A DNA stretch of 64,000 bases from positions 2,096 through 66,095 of the forward strand of contig JAWOFK010000057.1 in NCBI GenBank assembly GCA_046497565.1, in the 5' to 3' direction. Below are positions 28,107 to 37,918 of the stretch, piece by piece. Made by a program: the position numbers and the translations under genes. Every line of letters begins with the position of its first letter. Position 1 is the first letter of the stretch. The stretch is from Dehalococcoidia bacterium. Lineage in GTDB: Bacteria; Chloroflexota; Dehalococcoidia; GIF9; AB-539-J10. The notes beneath the pieces were generated by a model. That model was not told the DNA's origin, searched no databases, and saw nothing but the letters and a program-made list of their open reading frames with translations.

Positions 28107-28577
28107 ATGCACAGGCCACTACAAGATGAAGCCACGATGCAATCGGGGCAATCTCCCTATGAAAAAATACTTCAGCAATGCTTGAGGGGCGAGTTCAGGC
28201 TGGTGAACGCCGGGCTGCCACGAAGCCCAAAACGACTATCGAATTTGCTAAACGAGAGCTATCCTCATGTGGTATGCAACGATGGCAGCACCCACTTCTT
28301 CAAGAAAAGTGAGCTTGAGTATCTGGCGGGCATGATAGATGCCGCTGAGCAAGAAGCACTTGCATTGCCCATGCTTATAGAACTGGGGGCCAATGAAGCC
28401 GAGGCGGCCATAATATGCCAGGGAAAGCTGGAAGAGAAAGTCATATCAAAAGCGCTTGATATGCCGGTAACCTGCGAACAAAGGAGGATCAGAATATACA
28501 GACCACAACTAGCCCTGCTGAGAAGTAAGTTCAAAACAACAACTGTTTATGTATTCTCTGCCAGAATTGTTGCCTGA
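28107..28577 (+). CDS. UPF0216/DUF61-like protein (archaeal-type family)
   Basis: The ATG at 28107 lies 4 nt after the atpD stop, with a GAGGA SD 7 nt upstream. The pattern LP..PKRLSNLL....P.V...DGSTHFFKKSELEYLA......E...L.LP.LIE........A.I..GK.E.KVISK.L......IYRP.L..LR....TTT.Y.F matches my memory of Pyrococcus-type UPF0216 proteins. Confidence 0.6.
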   Translation: MHRPLQDEATMQSGQSPYEKILQQCLRGEFRLVNAGLPRSPKRLSNLLNESYPHVVCNDGSTHFFKKSELEYLAGMIDAAEQEALALPMLIELGANEAEAAIICQGKLEEKVISKALDMPVTCEQRRIRIYRPQLALLRSKFKTTTVYVFSARIVA

Positions 28578-28612
28578 GATGTCTGCCCACAATATAATTT
28601 ACGGAAAGGCCA

Positions 28613-28641
28613 TTGACAAAGATCCGCACTTAAGAGATAAT
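28613..28641 (+). promoter_or_regulatory. sigma-70-type promoter directly abutting rpsP
   Basis: TTGACA (28613-28618), a 17-nt spacer, then GATAAT (28636-28641). The ATG at 28653 is only 11 nt downstream and there is no SD. Confidence 0.55.
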
Positions 28642-28652
28642 CACTTTATCAA

Positions 28653-28922
28653 ATGGTAAAAATTAGATTACGCCGTATGGGAAGGAGAAACAGGCCATTC
28701 TACCGAGTGGTAGTGGCCGATAGTCGTTCTCCCCGAGATGGTCGGTTCATTGAGATTATCGGGCATTACAATCCTTTGACCGAACCCTCGACCGTCGACA
28801 TCAATGAAGAGAAAGCTTTGAAGTGGCTCAGGTGTGGGGCCCAGCCCACGGATACAGTACGCAGCTTACTTAACAAACTGGGCATCATGGACAAGGTTAA
28901 GCTGGCCTCAGGCCAAAACTAA
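28653..28922 (+). CDS. rpsP: 30S ribosomal protein S16
   Basis: The N-terminus [41 protein letters not shown] is S16-like. Confidence 0.97.
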   Translation: MVKIRLRRMGRRNRPFYRVVVADSRSPRDGRFIEIIGHYNPLTEPSTVDINEEKALKWLRCGAQPTDTVRSLLNKLGIMDKVKLASGQN

Positions 28923-28940
28923 TCGTCAAGGAGGCACAAA

Positions 28941-29168
28941 ATGAAAGACCTGGTGGAATACATCATCAAATCCATAGTGACGGAACCGGACCAGGTGAAG
29001 ATTACCGAGGAGAATAGTGACGACGGCTTGTTAATTAAATTAGAGGTTGCTCCCGATGACAAGGGCAGGGTTATCGGCAGACAGGGTCGCGTAGCTCAAG
29101 CACTACGAACGCTACTTCGCGTGAAAGCGGCTAAAGAGGAGACCAGGGTTAGACTGGAAATAGTGTAA
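28941..29168 (+). CDS. KH-domain RNA-binding protein (YlqC/UPF0109)
   Basis: It is 75 aa with DDKGRVIGRQGRVAQALRTLL (a GxxG KH loop). The position after rpsP is conserved. Confidence 0.9.
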   Translation: MKDLVEYIIKSIVTEPDQVKITEENSDDGLLIKLEVAPDDKGRVIGRQGRVAQALRTLLRVKAAKEETRVRLEIV

Positions 29169-29377
29169 TCGGGATTCACAGCAACCAGTATCCACGGTTT
29201 CTCACGAAATACCCATGAAGCCATGGACACGTTTCCCCCGCATCACAATCTTTGAGTCACACCACGGTTGTGGTACCATTCTCCTGGTTAAACGCCAGAT
29301 TTGCAGGGCTTCAAGGCCGTTGTTTTCCTACTTCAAGGTCAGATATGTGGATCCGTTCGTGATTCAGCGTCTAGAGT

Positions 29378-30208
29378 TTGAGATTTAAGGTGGGTACCCC
29401 CCGTAGCTATCAAACACAAGGCATCGTCTTAGAACAGACTAAGCTCGGCGAATTCGATAAGATTGTCACTATTTATACTCCCGAATTCGGCAAGTTAAGG
29501 GCGGTGGCCAAGGGAGCTTGTCGTGCCAAGAGCAAACTGGGTGGCAATGTGGAACCATTGACGCACAGCTTGATGTTCCTGGCTAAAGGGCGTAACCTCG
29601 ATATTGTCACCCAAGGTCAAACGATAAACGGTTTCCTGCCTCTGAAGAATGATTTATGGCGCATGGCTTGCGGTCTTTACATCCTGGAGCTAGTTGATGC
29701 CTTTACTGTTGAGGGCGGCGAGAATCGTCCTCTGTTTGATTTATTGCTTGAAATCCTGGACCAGTTGAGCCAACCCGAGAGCAACGAGATTCCTTTACGC
29801 TATTTTGAGCTGCACCTTCTTCACTATCTTGGTTACCGCCCCCAGTTGCACCGATGTATGAACTGTGATTCGGCCCTCAAGCCGACGGTCAATTATTTCA
29901 GCCTAAGCAAAGGTGGCATCTTGTGTCCTCATTGTAGTTCCCGGGAAAGTCACCATTATGGGCAGGCCGAAACAACCTTATTAAGACCTTCGTTTCCCAT
30001 TTCGGTCGCAGCGTTGAAGGTGCTTCGTTTATGGCAAAGCTGTGACTATGCTACTGCCAGGCGGGTCAGGGTCAAACCGGAATTATCCCGGGAGCTAGAG
30101 CGTGTGTTGCACGAGTACATAAGATATATTTTACAGCGGGAGCTTAAGTCGTTGACCTGGTTACAAGAACTGAGAGAAGAAATCGACGCACACAAAATCA
30201 GCACTTGA
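29378..30208 (+). CDS. recO: DNA repair protein RecO
   Basis: It has an OB-fold N-terminus (QGIVLEQTKLGEFDKIVTIYTPEFGKLRAVAKGA) and the Zn motif CMNC...CPHC. The start is uncertain (TTG at 29378 or GTG at 29390). Confidence 0.85.
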   Translation: MRFKVGTPRSYQTQGIVLEQTKLGEFDKIVTIYTPEFGKLRAVAKGACRAKSKLGGNVEPLTHSLMFLAKGRNLDIVTQGQTINGFLPLKNDLWRMACGLYILELVDAFTVEGGENRPLFDLLLEILDQLSQPESNEIPLRYFELHLLHYLGYRPQLHRCMNCDSALKPTVNYFSLSKGGILCPHCSSRESHHYGQAETTLLRPSFPISVAALKVLRLWQSCDYATARRVRVKPELSRELERVLHEYIRYILQRELKSLTWLQELREEIDAHKIST

Positions 30209-30406
30209 CAAGCATTTCGGGGGGGGTTAAAATCGCTCGACGCTCAAAAAGCGGCGGTATAACGAAGTAACATGAATGGAGGGTGCCTGGTATCCTGAGT
30301 CAACTTTGAAGTCTATTTGCTCTCCTGAGCTGCAACTCCCTTTCCAGCACCAGTTCACAGTCTCATCGAAAGTATAGCAAATCCAACTCACAACTGAAGA
30401 AAAGCA

Positions 30407-31063
30407 ATGTATGTCGTAATAGCAGGCTTGAGTGATATAGGGAAGAACCTGGCGGAGCTCCTTATTAAAGAAGGGAATGAAGTGACGGTTATAGACCGGG
30501 ACACTGCGAGGTGCAATGAAATGGCCAATGGTTCTGACGTGATGGTGATGATAGGAGATGCCAGCCAGAAATCCGTCCTCGAAGAGGCCAGAGTCAGGAC
30601 TGCCGGTGCCTTTGTGGCCGCAGCTGGCGATGACTCGGAGAATTTGATGCTTTGCATGATAGCCAAAGAAATCGGGGCAAAAACCGTAATTTCGCTTGTA
30701 GATGAGCAAGAGCATGAGGAGGCCTTCAGGCAGGCTGGGGTTACTTTCCAGGTTAACCCGGACATGGTAGCAGCCAAGCATATTTCCCGCATGATTGCAC
30801 AGCCTTATGTGAAGGACTTCCTCTCCTTCGAACGGGCAGACATATTCGAAATAGAGGTTGAGAGGAGCATGAAGTGTGTCGGACGGAAGGTTTCCGAGAT
30901 AACAACCCCGAACGGGATAAAGGTCCTGGTGGTGCAAAGAGGGGGAAAATATCTGAGTGAGGATGGTGAGATACAGCCTGGAGACTGGCTGACTCTCATC
31001 GTGAATCGGGAGTCTACCAAGAAAGGGACCGAGTTCATGAACAGATGGTTCGCCAAAGGGTAG
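30407..31063 (+). CDS. trkA: Trk K+ uptake NAD-binding subunit
   Basis: It has a Rossmann/RCK_N domain (MYVVIAGLSDIGKNLAELLIKEGNEVTVIDRD) followed by RCK_C. Confidence 0.9.
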   Translation: MYVVIAGLSDIGKNLAELLIKEGNEVTVIDRDTARCNEMANGSDVMVMIGDASQKSVLEEARVRTAGAFVAAAGDDSENLMLCMIAKEIGAKTVISLVDEQEHEEAFRQAGVTFQVNPDMVAAKHISRMIAQPYVKDFLSFERADIFEIEVERSMKCVGRKVSEITTPNGIKVLVVQRGGKYLSEDGEIQPGDWLTLIVNRESTKKGTEFMNRWFAKG

Positions 31064-32487
31064 AGTTAGCCCTTCATATCCTGGGAACATTCCTGAAATT
31101 CTTCGCCTTAGCCTATGTCATCCCTTTGGCGACCGCTCTTTACTATGGCGAGGACTGGCGGGTCTTCTTATATTCACTATTACTCACTCTGGCTATCGGG
31201 CTGGTTCTCGAATTCAGCTTCAGGACCACCAGGGTGATAGAGCGTGCCGATGGTTTTACCATAGTAGCTTTCACCTGGCTCCTCATCCCTCTCTTCGGCA
31301 CACTCCCTTACATGTTCCCCCCTGTGGGGTTGGGTTTTCTCGATGCCTTCTTTGAGGCCATGTCCGGTTTCACCACCACCGGGGCTACCATCCTGGAGGC
31401 CATAGAAACAGAAGTGCTGTTCCCATTGCCGCGAAGCCTGCTCTTGTGGCGTAGCCTGACCCAGTGGCTGGGTGGTATGGGGGTAATAGCCCTCTTCATT
31501 GCCGTCTTACCCAGACTGGAGGTAGGAGGCTCTCAGCTTTTTGACCGTGAGTTTCCCGGTCCCTTGCCTGAAAAGCTGCGTCCCAGGTTCAGAACGACGG
31601 CCAGAATTCTATGGCTGATCTATATCGCTTTTACTGCTGCCCAGATAGCGCTCCTCTACTTCCTGGCCCGGCTTCCCTTCTTCGACTCCATTTGCATCTC
31701 CTTCTCCACCATGCCCACCGGCGGATTCACCCCCACCGTGGCAAGTATCGGCGCCTACGGTAATCCCCTGGCAGAATACATAATCATGGTCTTCATGTTC
31801 CTGGCCGGCACCAGCTTCATAATCCATTATCGTGTCTTGCAGAGAAACTTCAAGGCAATTAAAGGCGAGGAATTCAGGCTCTACCTGATTATTCTGGCAG
31901 CCGCCATCGCTCTACTAATACTTGCGCAGGGAGCCAGTGCATACAGAGAGGGGATCTTTCAGGCAATCTCCATCATGACCACCACGGGCTTTGTCACCTG
32001 CGATTTTGACTTGTGGAACCCGGGAGCCAGAATGGTGCTTCTGGCGTTGATGTTCATCGGAGCCTGCGGTGGCTCCACCGGCGGGGGAATAAAGGTGATG
32101 CGGACTCTAACCCTGGCCAAATATACCGGGGGGATGATGAGGAAGGCTATTTCCCCCAAAGCTGTAGTTCCGCTGAAACTCAACCAAAAACCTATCTCAG
32201 AGGAGCTAATCCGGGATATAATCTCTTTCCTTTCTCTCTATATTCTTGTTGCTGTTCTGGCTTCGATAGCGCTTAGCTTTTTAGGACTCGATGTGGAGAC
32301 CGCCATTTCGGCAGTAGCGGCCAATTTGGGGAACGTGGGACCCGGCCTGGGTGGGGTGGGTCCAACTCTGAATTATGCCTGGCTCCCTGGCGCAGCCAAG
32401 GTCATCCTGATTATCTGTATGTGGTTGGGGAGATTGGAATTGTTCGCAGTTCTCATGATATTTTCTCCTCGCTTCTGGAAAGCCTAA
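31045..32487 (+). CDS. trkH: Trk/Ktr K+ transporter membrane subunit
   Basis: It is polytopic with repeated pore-loop-like motifs (TTTGAT, MPTGGF, TTTGFV, GGSTGGGIK). It overlaps trkA by 19 nt. Confidence 0.9.
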   Translation: MVRQRVELALHILGTFLKFFALAYVIPLATALYYGEDWRVFLYSLLLTLAIGLVLEFSFRTTRVIERADGFTIVAFTWLLIPLFGTLPYMFPPVGLGFLDAFFEAMSGFTTTGATILEAIETEVLFPLPRSLLLWRSLTQWLGGMGVIALFIAVLPRLEVGGSQLFDREFPGPLPEKLRPRFRTTARILWLIYIAFTAAQIALLYFLARLPFFDSICISFSTMPTGGFTPTVASIGAYGNPLAEYIIMVFMFLAGTSFIIHYRVLQRNFKAIKGEEFRLYLIILAAAIALLILAQGASAYREGIFQAISIMTTTGFVTCDFDLWNPGARMVLLALMFIGACGGSTGGGIKVMRTLTLAKYTGGMMRKAISPKAVVPLKLNQKPISEELIRDIISFLSLYILVAVLASIALSFLGLDVETAISAVAANLGNVGPGLGGVGPTLNYAWLPGAAKVILIICMWLGRLELFAVLMIFSPRFWKA

Positions 32488-32498
32488 ACGAGTCTATA

Positions 32499-32972
32499 CT
32501 ACAACTTCGCCCTCAGCTTTCGGTATGTGGCACTCAGTGCTTCCGATACCACTTTGGTATCAGATAACACCGGCATGAAGTTAGTGTCGCCTCCCCATCT
32601 GGGCACTACATGCGTATGCAGGTGCTCTGCTATCCCCGCTCCGGCAACTCTACCCAGGTTTAAGCCAATGTTGAAGCCAGCTGGCTCCATCACTTCTCTG
32701 AGAAGCTCCAGCCCTCTCTTGATAATGTCGAAGTGTTCCTTTGCTTCTTCATCTCGTAAATCCTGCAAATCTGCCGTATGACGATAGGGGGCGACCATCA
32801 AATGCCCCGGATTATAGGGAAAGGCGTTCAGGATTATGAAATTGTGCAGACCACGATAAAGGATAAGGTTTACCTCGTCCTTATCTTCCGCGGGTTTCTG
32901 GCATAAGATGCAGCCGCTTCCTGTGGCTTTTTGCACGTATTCCATCCGCCAGGGTGCCCAGAGGTATTCCAT
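32499..32972 (-). CDS. HIT family hydrolase/phosphorylase
   Basis: It carries the histidine triad HLHTHVVPRW and NPGHLMVAP. Confidence 0.85.
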   Translation of the reverse strand: MEYLWAPWRMEYVQKATGSGCILCQKPAEDKDEVNLILYRGLHNFIILNAFPYNPGHLMVAPYRHTADLQDLRDEEAKEHFDIIKRGLELLREVMEPAGFNIGLNLGRVAGAGIAEHLHTHVVPRWGGDTNFMPVLSDTKVVSEALSATYRKLRAKL

Positions 32973-33101
32973 TAAACCTATATCATATGCTGATTCTCAG
33001 TTAAGTGCAACGGCCTGTTTCGATTAATGTCAAGAAACTCGGGCACGACAACCTGGGTTGACTATTGGATTTGGCTAAGAATAAAATACCCGGGGGCTAA
33101 C

Positions 33102-34442
33102 ATGCTGGAAGTTCTAACCCAAAAGTTGACCAGTGTATTTGATAAGCTTGGCAGAAAGGGCAAGCTGAGCGAGGGAGATATCGACGATGCCCTGCGCCAG
33201 GTACGGATGGCACTTCTGGAAGCAGATGCAAATTTCAAGGTGGTCAAGGAATTCCTGCCCCGGGTACGGGAGCGCGCCCTCGGCTCTGAAGTATTGCGCA
33301 GCCTGACACCAGCCCAGCAGATTATCAAGATCGTCAATGAAGAGTTGATTGCCATCCTGGGCGGAGAGCCAGGACGTTTGGCTTCGGTTACTGAGTTGCC
33401 AGCGGTCGCCTTGCTGGTGGGACTCCAGGGTTCCGGTAAGACCACTACGGCGGTGAAGCTGGCTGTTCAGCTTAAACAGGCGGGGCAGCGTCCGTTATTA
33501 GTAGCTGCTGATACCCGCCGACCTGCTGCCATCGAACAACTCAAATTGCTCGGTGCACAAAACGACATCCCCGTACACAGTGAGGATGCTAGCGTAGCAC
33601 CGCCGACGATTTGCCAGCATGCATTCAAGCAAGCCAGGGAAAGGGGCCTGACCTGGGTGATAGTAGATACTCAGGGACGCCTGCATATTGACGAAGCCTT
33701 GATGAAGGAATTGGCTGACGTCAAGTCTGTGCTGAAGCCGGCAGAGGTATTGCTCACGGTAGATGCCATGATCGGGCAGGATGCAGTAAGGGTGGCTCAA
33801 GAATTCCACAGCCAAATCGGGCTCACGGGGCTCATCCTGACCAAGATGGACGGTGATGCCCGAGGAGGAGCTGCTCTTTCCATTAGATTCGTCACCGGAG
33901 TGCCCATAAAGTATCTGGGCACGGGTGAGAAGATAGATGCTCTGGAAGTCTTCCATCCCGACCGTTTAGCGTCTCGCATTTTAGGTATGGGAGATATGCT
34001 CACTTTCATCGAGCGAGCTGAGACGACCTTCGACCAGCAACAGGTCAAGAACCTGGAAGAGAAGATGCGCGCCGGACATTTTGACCTTGAGGACCTACTC
34101 AGTCAAATGCGTCAAATTCACAAAATGGGGTCCCTGGGGCGACTGGTTGAAATGATACCGGGCTTCTCCAAATTCGCTCCTCATTTGCCGGATGCCGAAG
34201 GGGAGAAACAGCTGGACAAGATAGAAGCCATCATCCTGTCTATGACTTATGAGGAAAGGCGTAATCCAGCCATTATTGACGGCAAACGGCGCAGTCGTAT
34301 TGCGCGAGGAAGCGGCACCACACCCAGAGACGTCAATCAACTTCTGAACCAGTTTCGTGAGATACAGAAGCTGACTAAGTCAGTAAGAGGTGGCAGGTTG
34401 CCCAAAGACCTGGGTGGGATGCTTGACCTGCCCTCAAGGTGA
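33102..34442 (+). CDS. ffh: signal recognition particle protein
   Basis: The ATG at 33102 follows GGGGG and reads MLEVLTQKLTSVFDKL. The G domain has GLQGSGKTTT, DTQGR and TKMDGDARGG. A Met-rich M domain follows. Confidence 0.95.
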   Translation: MLEVLTQKLTSVFDKLGRKGKLSEGDIDDALRQVRMALLEADANFKVVKEFLPRVRERALGSEVLRSLTPAQQIIKIVNEELIAILGGEPGRLASVTELPAVALLVGLQGSGKTTTAVKLAVQLKQAGQRPLLVAADTRRPAAIEQLKLLGAQNDIPVHSEDASVAPPTICQHAFKQARERGLTWVIVDTQGRLHIDEALMKELADVKSVLKPAEVLLTVDAMIGQDAVRVAQEFHSQIGLTGLILTKMDGDARGGAALSIRFVTGVPIKYLGTGEKIDALEVFHPDRLASRILGMGDMLTFIERAETTFDQQQVKNLEEKMRAGHFDLEDLLSQMRQIHKMGSLGRLVEMIPGFSKFAPHLPDAEGEKQLDKIEAIILSMTYEERRNPAIIDGKRRSRIARGSGTTPRDVNQLLNQFREIQKLTKSVRGGRLPKDLGGMLDLPSR

Positions 34443-34492
34443 AACCTGCCTGCGCTAAGGTCCCCGCCTGCCATAGCTGTGCGGCGGGCAGG

Positions 34493-35965
34493 TCAGTCCA
34501 GATAGCCTTTGAGCTTTCGACTGCGGGTGGGATGACGTAACTTACGTAGAGCCTTGCCTTCAATCTGTCGTATTCTTTCCCGAGTTACATTGAATTCTTT
34601 GCCCACCTCTTCCAATGTTCGAGTGTGCCCGTCTTTGAGCCCGAATCTGAGCTGCAGCACCTTTTTTTCGCGCTCGGTAAGTTCATCGAGCACTTTGTCT
34701 ATTTGTTCTTTCAGTAGCTGCCGCGAAGTGGCTTCGGTGGGCGCCAAACTGGCGTGATCTTCAACAAAGTCGCCTAACCGGCTATCAGCATCTTCGCCAA
34801 TAGGCGTGTCTAGCGATATTGGCTCGCGGAAAAACAAAGCCATGACCCCTTCTACCTTTTCCGGTGACATATTCAGGCGGTTGCCAATTTCTTCGTAAGT
34901 TGGCTCGCGTCCCAGTTCTTGGATTAACTGTCGCGTTGCCCGCAATAGCTTGTTAATTGTCTCCACCATATGTACCGGAATACGTATAGTGCGCGACTGG
35001 TCAGCTATAGAGCGGCTGATACCCTGCCTGATCCACCACGTGGCATAGGTACTAAACTTGTAGCCCTTTCTATACTGAAACTTGTCTACAGCGCGGATAA
35101 GGCCAATATTCCCTTCCTGGATAAGCTCAAGAAGGGACATGCCATGACCGATGTACTTCTTAGCTATGCTCACCACCAGACGCAGGTTTGCCTCGGTGAG
35201 ATGCCTTTCCGACGCCCTTGCTTCGGCCTTCATGTGTTCAAAGTAAGCTCTGAACTCACTGCTATAAGAACTTACTTGAGACAAAAAATCATTACTGGTC
35301 GGGAGAGTCCTTAGTTTCTGCCATGAAGTGTTCTCTCTGGCCAGGAGCTCTAGCAATTGCGGGGGCAGAAGTTGACTGTATATAGAAACATTCATTACAG
35401 CTTCTTCGGCCGCAGTGGTTCCTTTGTCTATCCCTCTGGCAACTGCGGCTATTAGCGAAGTATCTATAACGTCGTCGATGGCGGAGCGAAATTTGGGATC
35501 CTTGATCGTCTCCACCACGTTACTAGAGGTATCAATGCCAATATGCTCCTGGATAATATGAATAACAGGCTGTGCCCTGGATATTTGAAAAAGTACCTGA
35601 ACAACTATGTCAACGGGTGCAGGCGATTTCTTATGTTTCCTGAAATGGTTGTCTTCGATTCCTTCCAGGCATCTGCCCAGCTCTATCCTCCGGCACAGTA
35701 ACTTCTCTTCATGGATATTGAGAAGCGGCACCCTGCCGATTTCCTGAAGATACATGCGAGCTGAGTCATCAGTTACCTCAAATTCCCCCAGCGGCGTAGC
35801 AGGCTTGACCTCTTCAGCTTCCTCGGGGAGGAGCTCTTCGATTCCTTCCTTGTCTTCAACTTCCTCGGTCAAGCCAGCGGCATCCTCAACTTCATCGCCG
35901 AGTGAGTTCTCGCCCAGCACCTCCTCGCTGTCTAGGTTGATGTTTTCTCTTTCAATTGAATCCAC
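34493..35965 (-). CDS. rpoD: RNA polymerase sigma factor RpoD
   Basis: It has an acidic N-terminus, region 2 ([34 protein letters not shown]) and region 4 ([30 protein letters not shown]). Confidence 0.95.
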   Translation of the reverse strand: MDSIERENINLDSEEVLGENSLGDEVEDAAGLTEEVEDKEGIEELLPEEAEEVKPATPLGEFEVTDDSARMYLQEIGRVPLLNIHEEKLLCRRIELGRCLEGIEDNHFRKHKKSPAPVDIVVQVLFQISRAQPVIHIIQEHIGIDTSSNVVETIKDPKFRSAIDDVIDTSLIAAVARGIDKGTTAAEEAVMNVSIYSQLLPPQLLELLARENTSWQKLRTLPTSNDFLSQVSSYSSEFRAYFEHMKAEARASERHLTEANLRLVVSIAKKYIGHGMSLLELIQEGNIGLIRAVDKFQYRKGYKFSTYATWWIRQGISRSIADQSRTIRIPVHMVETINKLLRATRQLIQELGREPTYEEIGNRLNMSPEKVEGVMALFFREPISLDTPIGEDADSRLGDFVEDHASLAPTEATSRQLLKEQIDKVLDELTEREKKVLQLRFGLKDGHTRTLEEVGKEFNVTRERIRQIEGKALRKLRHPTRSRKLKGYLD

Positions 35966-37749
35966 TGCTTTTTCCCCTTTTTGGCAAAGACCTCCTGAAG
36001 TTGCTGCCCGGAGTTGATTCCTTGCTCTTCTAGTTTGGACAACTCTGAGCTTACGCCGCCCTTTTCCCTCTCAAGCTCAAGCACAGCCTCCTTTTCAGTT
36101 TCTAGTTTCCGGGACAATTTCTCCTGTAGGCGGAGAATACAAACATCCAGGTCAGAGCGTCGTGTTTGTTCGCTTTCCCGTATGGCGGGCGGGAAATTCC
36201 TGTTTGCGTCAACTAAGTAGTATAAATGTTCTAATAGACTGGTGTCAAGTTTCCTCTCAAGGTCGGAGATACCAGAGGCTTGTTGCCATCTGACAAACAC
36301 CTCCCGATTCTCCGTGCACTCGAAGTGTTCTGGAGATAGCCCTTCAGCTGAAGAGCGAAGCTCCGGATACTGCAAGAGAAGCGCCAGGCAGCGCTCCTCA
36401 ACAGGGTTGGATACAAGCTGGCGGGCAAGGTGAGATTGTTCCGTTGGCCTGCCACGTTCTGGACTTTTGCGAACTGCCTTCGATCCCCGCAAAGCGGCTT
36501 TTATGGCGGACTCTTCGATCTTCAATTCACGCGCCAGCTTTTTCAGGTAGTGTGACTGCTGTACAGGGTCTTTTATATCAAGAATTGAGGGCAGGAGTTT
36601 TTGCACGGCCAGGGATTTGTCCCTGGCTTTGTTGATATCGACCTTGCTTACTACAGATTTGAAGGCGAAGTCCAGAATAGGCATAGCTTGTTCTACCAGT
36701 TCCTGCCAGCGAGCAGGATCCTCCCGTATTACCTCGTCCGGGTCTTTGCCTGATGGTAACAGGATGACTTCTGCTGCGGCATTGGAGTAAGCCAATATGG
36801 CTTTGCCCCGCAAGGTAGCTTCTTCTCCGGCAAGATCAGCGTCGAGTGCCAGGGTTATGTTGTTGGTTAATCTCTTCATAGCTCCCACTTGTTTCTCGGT
36901 TAAGGACGTGCCCATTGAGCCCACTACATTTTGCCAGCCGTGTTGGTGAGCAGTGAGAACATCCGTGTAGCCTTCTACGATTATTACCAGGTTCTTCTTT
37001 CTAATGGCAGACTTTGCCCTATCAATGCCATATAAGCTACTACTCTTATCGAAAATCGAGGTTTGGGGTGAGTTGATATACTTGGGCAAGGAGTCATCCA
37101 GGGCTCTAGCACCGAAACCGGTGACGCGACCCTGCATATCACATATGGGAAACATCAGCCGGTTGCGAAACCGATCGTAACTGCCTCCTTCCTCTTTGCC
37201 AATTGTCAGCCCCGCTTCTACCAGCTCCTCTTCTTTGTAACCTTTGTTCAGAAGGTAATTCTTAATAGTTTCCCAGGTATGAGGACTGAAACCGAGCCGG
37301 AATTCTTTAATGGCCTCGGGCGAAACCTTTCTGCCTGCCAGATAGCTTCTAGCAGCTGCGCCCGCCTCAGCACTCAGAAGCAGGTGATGATAGTATTCAG
37401 CAGCTGCCTCGTTAAGCTGAAATAATCTCTCTTTTTCCTCGTCCGCGGCCTTATCCGACGCCTCAAGGGGGCCCAAAGTTATGCCTCCCCTTTGAGCTAG
37501 AAGGCGAAGGGCCTGGCCGAATTCAATGCCCTCCTTTTTCATGACAAAAGAGAAGATATCGCCGCCAGTCCCACAGGCACCAAAGCAGCGCCAGGTTTGT
37601 TGCTCGGGAAAGACGAAAAAAGAAGCGTGTTTCTCACTGTGGAAGGGACATAAGCCTTTGAAGTTGCGCCCTGTTTTTTGCAGGGTGACATACTCGGAGA
37701 CGATCTCCATTATGTCTAATCGCTGCTTTACTTCCCTGATTACGCTCAT
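35932..37749 (-). CDS. dnaG: DNA primase
   Basis: The Zn finger is [35 protein letters not shown]. The Toprim domain has [10 protein letters not shown] and [11 protein letters not shown]. Its 3' end overlaps rpoD by 34 nt. Confidence 0.95.
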   Translation of the reverse strand: MSVIREVKQRLDIMEIVSEYVTLQKTGRNFKGLCPFHSEKHASFFVFPEQQTWRCFGACGTGGDIFSFVMKKEGIEFGQALRLLAQRGGITLGPLEASDKAADEEKERLFQLNEAAAEYYHHLLLSAEAGAAARSYLAGRKVSPEAIKEFRLGFSPHTWETIKNYLLNKGYKEEELVEAGLTIGKEEGGSYDRFRNRLMFPICDMQGRVTGFGARALDDSLPKYINSPQTSIFDKSSSLYGIDRAKSAIRKKNLVIIVEGYTDVLTAHQHGWQNVVGSMGTSLTEKQVGAMKRLTNNITLALDADLAGEEATLRGKAILAYSNAAAEVILLPSGKDPDEVIREDPARWQELVEQAMPILDFAFKSVVSKVDINKARDKSLAVQKLLPSILDIKDPVQQSHYLKKLARELKIEESAIKAALRGSKAVRKSPERGRPTEQSHLARQLVSNPVEERCLALLLQYPELRSSAEGLSPEHFECTENREVFVRWQQASGISDLERKLDTSLLEHLYYLVDANRNFPPAIRESEQTRRSDLDVCILRLQEKLSRKLETEKEAVLELEREKGGVSSELSKLEEQGINSGQQLQEVFAKKGKKQWIQLKEKTST

Positions 37750-37754
37750 TTGGT

Positions 37755-37888
37755 CTAAATTCCAAATCCTAACATCTAAACCCTAAGCAAATTCAATTTT
37801 CTAAATTCAAAACCCTCTCACATTCTGGTATTTGGGATTTTTGGGTTTTGCTATTGTTTAGCATTTCGTATTTAGTGCTTAGAATTTT
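37755..37888. repeat. AT-rich intergenic repeat (family 3)
   Basis: The sequence is CTAAATTCCAAATCCTAACATCTAAACCCTAAG...TTGGGATTT...TTTAGCATTT..ATTTAGTGCTTAGAATTT. It shares TTGGGATTT and the 11-mer ATTTAGTGCTT with 57781-57906. Confidence 0.7.
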
Positions 37889-37918
37889 CTCTTATTGTAT
37901 TCCACCTTCTTGTATTAG

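Noticed and set aside
29169-29377. Possible rimM pseudogene or ncRNA in the 209-nt gap after the KH gene
   Set aside because: The only frame (about 56 aa, MKPWTRFPRITIFESHH...) has no RimM-like sequence. I recognised no conserved RNA motif.
30209-30406. c-di-AMP (ydaO-type) riboswitch upstream of trkA
   Set aside because: K+ transporter leaders often carry one, but I could not find the pseudo-two-fold ACGGGGA/CCCG-type conserved cores. An Infernal/Rfam scan would be decisive.
30227-31090. 287-aa minus-strand ORF
   Set aside because: It is antisense to trkA, which has a clear Rossmann/RCK signature. It shows no motifs and has a Cys/His/Phe-rich odd composition.
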